Shown here piece by piece: positions 46,075-56,967 of a stretch of 64,000 nucleotides of DNA. Both the position numbers and the translations under genes were made by a program. Positions within the stretch are counted from its first letter, which is position 1, and each line of letters opens with the position of its first letter. Source of the DNA: Podarcis gaigeae (Eukaryota); assembly GCA_964106915.2 (NCBI GenBank), contig OZ066921.1; one strand, 5' to 3'. Below the pieces are notes generated by a model that worked only from the letters and a program-made list of their open reading frames with translations, searched no databases and was not told the DNA's origin.

Positions 46075-46695
46075 ATGCCAGTGAGGCTCTCCACAGCCCT
46101 GCGTGTTTTTGGGACCAGCCTCTTTGCCGTGGTGGTGCTGGGGGGCATCCTTGCTGCCTACGTCACGGGCTACCAGTTCATCCACACCGAGAAGCACTAC
46201 CTCTCCTTTGGGCTCTATGGTGCCATCCTGGGCCTCCACCTCTTCATCCAGAGCCTCTTTGCCTTCCTGGAGCACCGGCAGATGCGCCTGGAGGGCCGGC
46301 CCCTGAAGCTGCGCTCCTCGGTGGCCCTCTGCATCGCCGCCTACCAGGAGGACCCCGACTACCTGCGCAAATGCCTGCGCTCCATCCAGCGCATCTCCTT
46401 TCCCAACCTCAAGGTCGTCATGGTGGTGGACGGCAACGGGGAGGACGATGTTTACATGCTGGACATCTTCAATGAGGTGATGGGCTCCGACCGGACAGGC
46501 TGCTACGTGTGGAAGAGCAACTTCCACGCCCGGGGGAAGGGCGAGTCGGAGGCTGGCCGCCGCAGGGCCATGCGCCACATCCAGAGCCTCGTCCGGCACA
46601 ATACATATACCTGCATCATGCAGAAGTGGGGCGGGAAGCGCGAGGTGATGTACACGGCCTTTTGTGCCCTTGGAGACTCTGTCGACTACGTGCAG
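46075..46695 (+). CDS. HAS3: HAS3 first coding exon
   Basis: ccAG|ATG start, GTGAGT donor, 621 nt. Confidence 0.96.
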
Positions 46696-49600
46696 GTGAG
46701 TGTGGGGGGGGGGGCAGAGCCCTGCTCCTTGCCCTTGCTAGCCTGCTGTTGCTCTTCCTTCTCTGTGTTTTCCCATTCATGCTCATCCCACGACCCAGGC
46801 ACTTGTCAGAAAGCAGAAAATGGGAGGGGGGAGTATTAGCTACATGCAAAATGATTTGGAGAGATACTTGGGTCTGGGCTCCTTGGCCCCCATAGTAAAC
46901 ACAGCCCTAAATGGCAACTCTCTGTCTCCCTGCACCCTGATACATTGGTGATGTGAGCTTGAGGGAAGCAGGGCTACAATGAGCTGCTTCTTCACACTCT
47001 GGGGCCTGAACATGTAATCAGCCCCTCTTTGGAGCAGCTGGTTGCTTCTCCTTAGCTCAGTGGTAGAGCATCCGCCTTGAATGCACAAGGTTCCAAGTTC
47101 AATCCCTGGCATCTCCAGGGAGGGTGGGAGAGAGACCCCTGCCTGAAATCCTGGAGAGCCGCTGCCAGTCAGTGTTGAGACAATATTGAGCAAGATGGAC
47201 CAATAGTTTGACTCAGTATAAGACAGCTTTCTATGATCCTGAGTGGTAGAGCACCTGTTTTGCATGCTGAAGGTCCTGGGTTCACTCCCCAGTGACATTT
47301 CCAGCTTGGGAAGGATGGAAAGCTACTGTGGACAATACTGAGCTGGGTGGACAAATGGTCTGATTTGGTATAAGGCAGCTTCCCCAGTTCCTTAAGCCCT
47401 TTGTATAGAATCTTGAGGACTGGAATCTTGATTTATTTTTTAAGGAAAGGCCACAATCGAGTTGCAAAGCAGTGGATTCAATCCCCAGGTTCAATCCCCA
47501 GTATCTCCAGGTAGGGCTGGAAGAGACCTGTCTGAAACCATGGAAAGCTGCTGCTGATCAGTGCAGGCAACACTGAGCTAGATGGATCCAGGCAGCTTCC
47601 AATGTTCCTCCTGAGCTCATAACTCAGCCTCCAATCTGACAGCAGGAAAACAGTTCTTCTTTCACCCTGGTGTAAACTCAGAGGCTTCTCCTCTGCTCCC
47701 TTCCACTAATGCACTGTAGTTCTGAGCAGCAGGTGTAACAGAAAGGGATGGCAGAATGTAATTATTGAGGGTAGATATATATTGATATATTCCATATATA
47801 CACACCCCTTTCTTTCATAATGGAACCCAAGCATGGTTCCCAAGCAATCTCTCATCCAAGGGCTGACCAGCCCCAGACCTGCATCACTTCAGCAATATGA
47901 TGGCCTAATGTGCCTTCAGCACCTTCTGGGGGACCTCCTTGCAAGCAGAAAACTGGCAGGCAAAGGAGAGAGGTGGTACCTCAGCCCTTTGCTAGGTGCT
48001 CTGCTTTTAAATTTACAGGAGGTTTTAACTTATGGAGGCATTCAAAACAGGACCTGGAGGTGAAAAGTGTTGCAGTCCATTCTTCCATTTCATTCTGCTG
48101 TCTGAATAGACCATCTCTGGGCTCCTTGCATAAGAGAGGAGGCAGGTGCAGGGTATGCCCATACTGTATCTCTCATTTTGGGATTTGCTTCTGTTTTCTG
48201 CTTCCCTGCCCTCCAAAAATGCAGGATTCTTCAGCTGGGCCTGATCCCCCTTCTCTGGCCTGCATGGCTGCTGAACAGGTATCAGCTGCCCCCTCAATAT
48301 AGGACGCTACCTTATACAGTCAAGACCCCTGGTCCATCTAGTTCACTATTATCATACATGTCCAGGGTTTCAGGTAGGGGACCAGGAGATGCCCTTGGGG
48401 ATTGAACCTTCTGCATGCAAAGCAGGTGCTCTGTTACTAAGCTAAAGCCCTTCACCGTACATTCTCTTGGGTGCAGATGCCCTGTGATTCTTCTGCCTTC
48501 ACCTGCTTGGGGACCTTACAATGCCTGTTTGGCAATGGAGACTGGCTCCCTCTCTCGTCTGTACCTGGTGTGACATCCACCTCCCTGCCACGTTCGGTCT
48601 GTGTTCACATGAAGAAGTGTCCAGGAGAGTTTGTGTCACTTCTCTATCATTCACTTACACTTATTATTATCATTAGTTAAACTTGTTAACTTGCGTGTGT
48701 GTGTGTGTATACACATACACTCACTCAATATGCACAGGCACAGAGATCTGAGTGCATTCCTCATTCTCCTCCCCTGGCCCTCCTCTCATTGGAGCTTCAG
48801 GAAAGTTGCAGTTCTCCTCCACCCTGGTTGCAAAAGAGCCCTTTACTCCCTGGGAAGGTGTGGAGCAGGGTCCCCCAGGGCAACATGCACAATTGTTCTG
48901 AAGGAGGTGGGGGCGTGCATTCCACTTGAAGGAAACGTCCATATGTACACTTTCTCTCCCCATACAAACAGTGTAATATTTGTCAAAAAGAAGCTGCCAT
49001 TTGTGTGAACATTCCTTAAGGGAAGGGACAGACAAGGGTGTCCTGACAAGGTATCTTTCTTTCCCTGGCAGGTATGTGACTCTGACACAGTCCTCGATCC
49101 AGCCTGCACAGTGGAGATGCTGCGCATCATGGAGGAGGATCCTCGCGTCGGTGGAGTTGGCGGGGATGTCCAGGTGTGGACCTGAGAGCACATGGCCATG
49201 CAGTGTCTGGCTCAGATAATGCTCACGGGGATGGCTCCTTTGGGCAGCCTTCCCAGAGTTGGTCCTCTTCCAGCTGTTTTGAACTACAACTCCCATCAGG
49301 CTCAGTGTCCTGCAGCTTACTGGATGGGGTGCATGGAATTTGTAGTTCAAAACAGCTGGAAGAGGAGGCCTTCTGTCCCTCAATAATTGGGGTCAGCCAC
49401 AGGTCAGCTTGATACGCATCTGTGGGTAAAGAAAACTGGTACAGGAGCCAACCTGTCCATTGGAGGGAGGGTTGTGGAGGGCCCATGATGCAGTGTTGCC
49501 TCTTTCCCCCAGATCCTGAACAAGTACGACTCGTGGATCTCCTTCCTGAGCAGTGTGCGCTACTGGATGGCCTTCAACGTGGAGCGGGCCTGCCAGTCCT

Positions 49601-50436
49601 ACTTTGGCTGTGTCCAGTGCATCAGCGGCCCCTTGGGCATGTACCGCAACGCCCTGCTGCAGCAGTTCCTGGAGGACTGGTACAACCAGACATTCCTGGG
49701 CAGCAAGTGCAGCTTCGGGGATGACCGCCACCTCACCAACCGGGTCCTGAGCCTGGGCTACCGGACTAAGTACACGGCCCGCTCCAAGTGCCTGACTGAG
49801 ACGCCCACCAGGTACCTCCGCTGGCTCAACCAGCAGACGCGCTGGAGCAAGTCCTACTTCCGGGAGTGGCTCTACAACGCCCTCTGGTTCCACAAGCATC
49901 ACCTGTGGATGACCTACGAGTCGGTGGTGACGGGCTTCTTCCCCTTCTTCCTCATCGCCACCGTCATCCAGCTCTTCTACCGCGGGCGCGTCTGGAACAT
50001 CCTCCTCTTCCTTCTGACGGTGCAGCTGGTGGGCGTCATCAAGGCCACCTACGCCTGCTTCCTGCGCGGCAACGTCGAGATGATCTTCATGTCCCTCTAC
50101 TCCCTGCTGTACATGTCCAGCCTCCTGCCGGCCAAGATGTTTGCCATCGCCACCATCACCAAGTCCGGATGGGGCACCTCCGGCCGCAAGACCATCGTGG
50201 TCAACTTCATCGGCCTCATCCCGGTCTCCGTCTGGGTGGCAGTGCTGTTGGGTGGGCTGGCCTACACTGCCTACTACCAGGACCTCTTTACAGACACGGA
50301 ACTGGTCTTCCTCATCTCGGGAGCCATCCTCTATGCCTGCTACTGGGTGGCGCTGCTCGCCCTTTACCTGGCAATCGTGGCCCGGCGCTGCAGCAAGCCC
50401 CAGGAGGAGTACAGCTTGGCGTTTGCGGAGGTGTGA
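46075..50436 (+). CDS. HAS3: Hyaluronan synthase 3; exons 46075-46695, 49072-49173, 49513-50436 (548 aa)
   Basis: N-terminus [17 protein letters not shown]...[18 protein letters not shown]; GT2 motifs [17 protein letters not shown] and QQTRW; C-terminus YSLAFAEV; 1647 nt in frame. Confidence 0.98.
47051..47610 (+). mobile_element. Cluster of three head-to-tail Squam3-like SINEs in a HAS3 intron; antisense copy at about 48300-48450
   Basis: three successive heads and bodies starting near 47051, 47240 and 47450. Confidence 0.8.
49072..49173 (+). CDS. HAS3: HAS3 second coding exon ([12 protein letters not shown]...GGDVQ)
   Basis: gcAG acceptor, GT donor, 102 nt, DSD motif. Confidence 0.96.
49243..49375. 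mobile_element. Short palindromic MITE; family also at about 870-960, 5040-5180, 5605-5725, 11985-12110, 27345-27480, 35620-35720, 40975-41112, 45195-45320, 45890-46000, 51380-51515, 59678-59812
   Basis: Recurrent pattern ccagatgttttggactacaactcccatc...gatgggagttgtagtccaaaacatctgg. Confidence 0.8.
49513..50436 (+). CDS. HAS3: HAS3 terminal coding exon ([18 protein letters not shown]...AEV*)
   Basis: ccccAG acceptor; contains ORF 49555-50436. Confidence 0.97.
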   Translation: MLNKYDSWISFLSSVRYWMAFNVERACQSYFGCVQCISGPLGMYRNALLQQFLEDWYNQTFLGSKCSFGDDRHLTNRVLSLGYRTKYTARSKCLTETPTRYLRWLNQQTRWSKSYFREWLYNALWFHKHHLWMTYESVVTGFFPFFLIATVIQLFYRGRVWNILLFLLTVQLVGVIKATYACFLRGNVEMIFMSLYSLLYMSSLLPAKMFAIATITKSGWGTSGRKTIVVNFIGLIPVSVWVAVLLGGLAYTAYYQDLFTDTELVFLISGAILYACYWVALLALYLAIVARRCSKPQEEYSLAFAEV

Positions 50437-53400
50437 TGAGGATGAGGGGGGGGGGCGGGGAGTGCAATAATGGCAAAGGACTGGCAGCGTTTCCCCACAT
50501 AGTTGTGGGGCTTCAGGAGGGCTGGCCCCCCACCCTGCTCAGGACCTGATCCAGTTTTGAAATGTCCATCCCGGAAGCAAATTGGCAGATTCAGGAGTGC
50601 ATCAATGGGGAAGGAAGCCGGAGCCTCACAGAACGGATCCTGCTCAGTGGGCTTCCGGATCCTGCCCCTGCAGAAAGCTCAACAGCTCCTGGGAAAAGTT
50701 TCCACCACCAGGTGTCCCTGTCGTTCTATGCAAATGACACTGCCTCTCCCCAGAATAGCACCAATGTGGCAGGGACGTTGGGGGTGCAGTTTTTACAGGG
50801 AGCAATAATAATCTCCTCGTAGAGATCTATTAAAGAAGGGGCCCTTCTGTGCCCAGCGAAGAGACCATCAATAGGTTTTTTATCTTCCCTTGGAAGAGCT
50901 TTAAGGAGTTTGTGAGGGTTATTCTCTGTTCATGGGAGAAGCAAGTGGGACTTGAGCCACTGACGTCAAGGGGTTGCTTTCTAGGCGGAGGCCCCACAGG
51001 AGGTGGGGTGACAGGGCAGAACATGTGCTCCTTCCAAGAGGGGCTCCCTTCTGCCTGTAATCACTGCAGCTGCAGGACTGGAGAGAAATTTACTGAGAAG
51101 GAAAGGCTGGCAGTAGAAAAAACCATGTTTGGGCCAAAGCGGGAACATGCTGTTGCCCAAAGAATACATCACATGACTAGGCTGTCCATTTCTAAACAAA
51201 CACAAAATACTTGAAAGCTCCCTGATTGGCCCAATACAGCATGAGCCACAGCTATTGTGAATTCGATAAAACAGGTTGCAAACTGGATTGGTCAAATGTC
51301 TTCAGCTCCTTCTGGAGTTTTAGAGGGTGGACCACCTATTGCTACCTCCCTCTTTAGTCCAGGACTATGGATCATGCAAGTGGCCCTACAGATGCTGTAG
51401 GGACTCCCAGTTCCCTGACCAGTTACTGAACTCCAACTCCTGTCATCCCTGACATTGCTGGCTGGAGCTGGTATGAGCTGGGAGTCCAACAACATCTGCT
51501 TGGAGAAGGCTGCTGTAGCCCAGGTATCTTCAACCTTTTTGGACCTTTTCTGTCCCAGGACCCACTTTTTACCAAAGCATGCATGTAGAGATCTATTGCT
51601 TAACCTTCCACAATATTTGCATGGTGGTAGTACCCGACCAATCTTAGAGCACGCCATGACCCACCAGTTGAAGACCAGTGTTCTAGACCATATTTTGTTA
51701 TGCTTGGGTAGGTGTGTTAAAATACTTTAATGCTGTGAACAGAGCTGCCTGTCTGGAGATCTTCCTTTGGACCAGCCTCTCTCTCTTGGCCTCTGCTTAG
51801 CCTGGGCCTCCTAACTTTCTGGTGCTTCTCCTACAGACTTCCTCTCCCCCTGGTGCTCTGCCAACATGGCCACGTTACACTTCCAACTCAGAGAAGGGGG
51901 AGAAACTGTGGACAGTGGTGCTGCTTTTGGGAGGCCATTACCACCCAGTCTAAAAGCCATTTCTTGATTCACAATCTGCATCTCTGCCCAGCCCTTAAAA
52001 CTCCTTCCAGTCTCTGGCAAGAAGGTGTCTGTGTTGAAAGGGAAGCGGGGCTCCCAGCTTCAGCTGGCAACAAGCTCTGGGCAGCTTTTATGCCAAACTC
52101 ACATTGCTGAGATGGAAGTGCTCACCAGTTGTTCCTTGCCTGTTCCTAAGCTAGCAGGTCAGCATGGGAACAAAATGCTTAGGCACTTGCTGTAGTAAAT
52201 CCAGCATAGGCAAAGGCACAGATTTCCTGCAATTCCATTCGTGCAGAATGTGGAGGTCTGAAAAATCTCAGATTCCCTCCTTTTTATGGCTAAAAGAAAA
52301 CAAACCAAGTTTCTACAATTCGTATTTTTACAAAAAGTTCTGCAAATGTATAAGCAATATTTGCAAAGCACCTCGGAGGTGTTTTGAGTAGGAATGCTTC
52401 TTTAGTAGCTTACTTGTATTGTTCCTTTGGCCTCCACTCTGCTTCTTGAAAAAAGGGGGTTCTAAATTCAACAGAGTTATAAAACAGATGCCAAATAAGG
52501 CAGGCACATTTATGTTTAGACATATTTGTGTGGACCTTGATTTACAAAAATGTGTTTGCTTGCAAAAAATTAAAACAGGTTGCTGCTGAATTTGCTTAGA
52601 GCAGCACTATTCCAAAGTTGGCTCTTTCTTGCTTCTCAAGAGAAGCACTAGAAGGCCCTGTATGCTGGAGACTGGCTGACATTGGCCACACAACTTCCCC
52701 GTCCCCACAAGCACTGAATCCAATTGGTCGACAAGGAGCAGAGTGAAGAAACTTTCTGATTAGAGCAGATATATATTTATTATTACGGTACCTTTCACCT
52801 CCAAACTAAAGAGGGTGTTGTGTATATATGTGTGTGTGTGCGCGCCACACATACACACACTGGACAGGCTCCGACAACTTTTGTTTTCCTTGCTATGTAA
52901 GGGAGCTGAATAATCCCTGGGATGCAAAAGTAACTTGGATGCTTTTGCTCCAGATATGCTTTTTTTTGGGGGGGGTATGAGGGAGGTGGGCACACAGTCT
53001 TTTAGTGCATTGGATTTTTGTTTTTCCAAATACAAATTTGCCCATCAGCAATGAGGCTAGATACCTGATTTTTTACAAAACCAAGCAACTTCTCAGGATT
53101 CCACAAGAGACTTCTGTACCAAAATAATGTTCTGTGCTATGACCATGCCACCTCCTAGGTACAGAGGGCACCTGATCTATCTTTTGGCATTGGTGCTGTT
53201 CAGGAGCCTTACCAGTGCCCATCTTCCTATACTCCTTTCTGCCTCAGGGCAGTAAGCTGAGTCTGACTTTGTCCTGCTGCTGCTGCTGCTGCTAGGGGTT
53301 CCACTGCCCCAATTCCAAGTTCTCTCTCTGCTGCTTTCTTTCTGCCCATCCCACACAAGGTCCTGAATGCTATCTGAGGTTGTACCTGGAAATTCCTGCC

Positions 53401-54359
53401 TCTCCTGCCATGTTGCTTCATGTGAATTGACAGGAACAAGAAAAATAAGAGACAAGGAAGCAGTGGGCAAAGGGCAGCTTGCTACTCCCATGGGCCCAGG
53501 TGGCTGGGAGGACTAAAGTGGCTGGGAGGACTAAAGACTAAAGTGGCATCAGTGCCGATTCTGTCCTGCCATCTCTGGAAGGCAGATGGAGTCTGCACCG
53601 CCATCTAAGAAAGCAATAATGGCTCTTGGGCTGCAAGCTCCCTTTATTTAGGCACAGACTAGTGAAGAACTTTCCTATGCTGGGGACTGACTGCATAAAC
53701 AAAGCTGAGATAGATGTCTCCTTCCACTACTGTCACCAGAAAGGGCTGGTTCCCACCCCGCTCTGGATTCAGCATAACCTCACACCCTAAGGGCTGCTTG
53801 CCTAGCTGTTTCCCAGGGGCCCCAACCAGCTTGAAAAAAAATGGTTCTAAGCAATTCTTTGGGTGGCTGGGGGAGTGTATGGTACTCCCTGGCAAGAAAG
53901 AATGGCTGCTTTGCAGGCTAGGAGAGCTTGCAGCCCACACTAGAGCCTGCCTTTTAAAAGGCTGCCCTGTTGGGGGGAGCCATGTGAAACAGTAACTGCT
54001 TGCTCTGTAACCTGCCTAAGGCAGATGCCTCCCAGCAAAGAGCTGCCAAATCAAACTGTTGTATGGACAGGGCTGATCAGTGTTGAGAGTGCATGAGTAT
54101 CTGACAGCCTTTAAAGGCTGCTCCCAAGAAACACTGTGGCAAAAGATGGAGAGCTTCCTCAAGTTCCTCTTTCCAGCTGTGCATCCTTCCTAATTGCGAA
54201 TGTCTGGAAATGCTGCTTTCTGCCCGTGCTGTTCTCTGCGGCCTGCGCTGGTCCCAGGCATGAGAGTGGAGGGATGGGTGGGTAGGATGCCAGGCTTTGC
54301 TCCCCCTCACTTCCCTGTTCTGGGCTGCATCCCCTTTTCTATGTTACTCCGTTTGGGTT

Positions 54360-54545
54360 TCTCTTATTTAAAATGAAATTTGTAGAATTTTTTGTACTCT
54401 TTGGTAACAAACACTAGTTGATTGCTTAAAGTTATTTGTAAACTTATTTATTTTTTACCTGCATTTTCATATTTTTTATAAAGGTTGTGTGTTTTTTTTT
54501 TACTATGATGCATTTGTTACAATAAAAAATACCTTGCAAACAAGA
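54360..54545 (+). terminator. AU-rich 3' UTR terminus with AATAAA at 54521-54526 (probable HAS3 poly(A) region)
   Basis: Sharp AT-rich block with TATTTA elements followed by AATAAA; assignment to HAS3 is an inference. Confidence 0.5.
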
Positions 54546-55578
54546 TGGTCTAGAGTATATTTGGGACGTTTTCTGCCCATCCCCTCCCTTCACCAACGAG
54601 CACACAATCTGAGTGGGGTGGGAGGAAGACACTGGCAGGGGCAAAGAACCAGGTCTAAGCTAGCTGAAATCTGCAGGAAATTTCAGCCTGATTTCCCTTT
54701 CAGCCATTCTGATTTCCTATTTGCCAACAAGACCTCCCCAAAGAACTGGAATTCAATAGTCACCCCCTCCCCCAAAATGTCCTAGAGACAAAAAATAAAG
54801 GCAGACCAGAACCTAATCATCTCCTAGTGTCTGAAAAAGAGAAGCCCATTTCTCAAAAGGCACTTTAGCAACAGCTGAGCTCCCCACCCAGGGAACCCAA
54901 GAGGCAAAAAGCGCAATGCTATGTTCTCCAAGAGTGCTGAGCTCCTTGAAGAATGGAATCAAGAACCCAGGGAGAACTAAGTGACCAGAAGGGACCATAA
55001 CGGGGCTTGAGTTTCTGCACGAGATAACACTAGAGAGTCATCCATGCTGACTGGAACTGGTGGGAGTGTTAGTCCAGAAGACATCAGGTTTGCAGAGGTC
55101 ACCAGCCCTTGAAAAAGGATCTAAGCAGAAACCAAGAGCAGAGTCCTCCATCCCTGGGGTGAAGATCTGGCTAATATTACTCAGGTGCCCCAATAACTTT
55201 TATTTGTTCACTGGTCTCTGGATTTTGGGGCAAGGGGCTCAGCACTTTAGCAAAGACACCGGGTTGAATCCCACAGCTGAGCTGCTCTTGGGGAAAGCAC
55301 TGGCTATTTGAACACACTGGGCATGGGTGCTGGATTGTCCCAGACACTGGCTTTAGTCCCACAGAGACTGGCATCTGAGATAAGGCAGTTCTCCCAAGGG
55401 CTGGGTTCACACAACAGATTGCATAACCTGGAACGGAAAGCACTGAGTTCCAACAAGCTGGCTAAGTGGACAGGATTTGTCCCTTTCGGCACAGTCCCCG
55501 GCACTCTGCAAGGAAGTAGGCAGACCTTCCTCCATGCGAACGAGGCACCAGTGTGCTTGGAGGTGGGCTGCAGCATCC

Positions 55579-56153
55579 TCAGGCTTTCTTGGCCACATTG
55601 GTGATGATGGGCTTGGGGCGGGTTTTGAAGAGCAGCTTCTTCTTTATGAGGGCGGTGACTGAGTAGTGGCCTGGTCCCAAGCTCGCCTCGCCTCCAGCCA
55701 CCGCTTGCTTGGTCAGGACGGCAAAGGGCTTCTCTAGCCGCACAACTTTACCATACAGGATGTGGTGCCCCACAATGAGCACAGGGACTCCCTAGAGAGA
55801 GAGATTAGACAGTGGGGGCACTCAAGCCTTGCAGAGAGAGTGGTATGGAAGGAAGCCAGTCTCAACCAAGAACTCCCCTCACATCCGCAAGCACCTGGCT
55901 AGTTTCTCACCTCTTTGGTGTAATGTAGGTCCCCCAAGAGCCTCCCTGCCAGGCCAGCCCCAGATCGCGATTCCAGCTCTCCTTGGAGCTCCATCAGCAC
56001 CCACTCCGCCAGACCTCCAACCCCATCCCTGCAAGGAAAAGACGAGGAAGGGAAGAGCTGTTATAGGTCACGAGGTGTAGCAAAGAGATCATTCCCGAAC
56101 CATCCCCGCTAGAAGCCAGTGCAGACTCACCGGGACACGACCAGCTGCACCAT
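55579..56153 (-). CDS. CHTF8: Chromosome transmission fidelity factor 8; exons 56153-56131, 56028-55911, 55791-55579 (117 aa)
   Basis: Spliced product [62 protein letters not shown]...[16 protein letters not shown] matches Ctf8; GT-AG introns of 102 and 119 nt. Confidence 0.96.
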
Positions 56154-56629
56154 CGTCCCACGGTTCCTCTGCAACAAGGAGAACAGGGGTTTGAAAGCAG
56201 GGTGAGAACGGGCAAGACGCAGATTTTCCCTCGTTCACCCCAGCGGGGCTCCCGGCCCAGAGGCAGCTAAGGGGCAGTCCCCCACCCCCAGCAGTGCCAA
56301 TCTCGGGCGGAGATCCCCCTTTCCTACGAAGACCCGCCCGCGGGCTCCCCTCTTCCTGGCCCTGCGATGCCGAGGGCGGTGGCCAGTCCGGTACCCTCAG
56401 GCGAGCAAACTGACGCAGCCGCAGCATCCAGCAAATAGGGCGAGCCGCTTCCCTGTGCTTGTTCCAAGGACAGGAACTCTGCAGGCGCTCAGAGTCACTC
56501 TCATCCCTGGACGCCAGGGGATCCAGAAACTCCGCGCCCCGGCGTCTCTGTTGGAGCGGCACTCTGCACGCGCTCAAGAGCGCGCTCGGCGCTTTTCTTT
56601 TTCTCTTCCCCCCCAGCTCCGCCACGCAC

Positions 56630-56805
56630 CTCACTCAGAATCTCCCGAACCTCCCGCCTCGCCGAAGCCCCGGAAGTCCCTCCCCTCGCCCCTAGATGAC
56701 TTCCGCTTCCGGGCTTAGAGGGGCGGCGCGCACGTGGAAACCGGGCTCGCTTCGCTCTGTCTCCGCGCTCTCCGGACGCTCGACCGGTGCTATTCCCTGC
56801 CTGCC
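56630..56805. promoter_or_regulatory. Bidirectional CpG-island promoter of CHTF8 (-) and UTP4 (+); CHTF8 non-coding exon 1 probably ends at 56630
   Basis: ETS/GABPA-type CCGGAAGT (56670) and tandem ACTTCCGCTTCCGG (56699-56712), GC box (56720), E-box CACGTG (56731); head-to-head genes; minus-strand donor GAG|GTGCGT. Confidence 0.85.
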
Positions 56806-56967
56806 ATGGTCGAGTTCGAGGTGCACCGCGCACGGCTCTTCGCCTTTGTGCCGTCCGGGATCCGGTGCGTGGCTGCGTCCCGCCCTTCTCACCACCGCCT
56901 GGCCGTGGGCCGCCTCGACGGCTCCCTCGAGATCTACGACCTGCAGGCCAACATGTTCCAGGAGAAG
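56806..56967 (+). CDS. UTP4: UTP4 coding exon 1
   Basis: strong Kozak gccATGG, GTGAC donor. Confidence 0.93.

Noticed and set aside
47053-47118. tRNA-like sequences (GCTCAGTGGTAGAGC...GTTCAATCCC) here and at many other sites
   Set aside because: Each continues into the same SINE body and is degenerate; these are SINE heads, not tRNA genes.
46000-50549. Antisense and alternative-frame ORFs over HAS3 exons (199, 169 and 227 aa)
   Set aside because: Shadow ORFs caused by the very high third-position GC of HAS3 codons.
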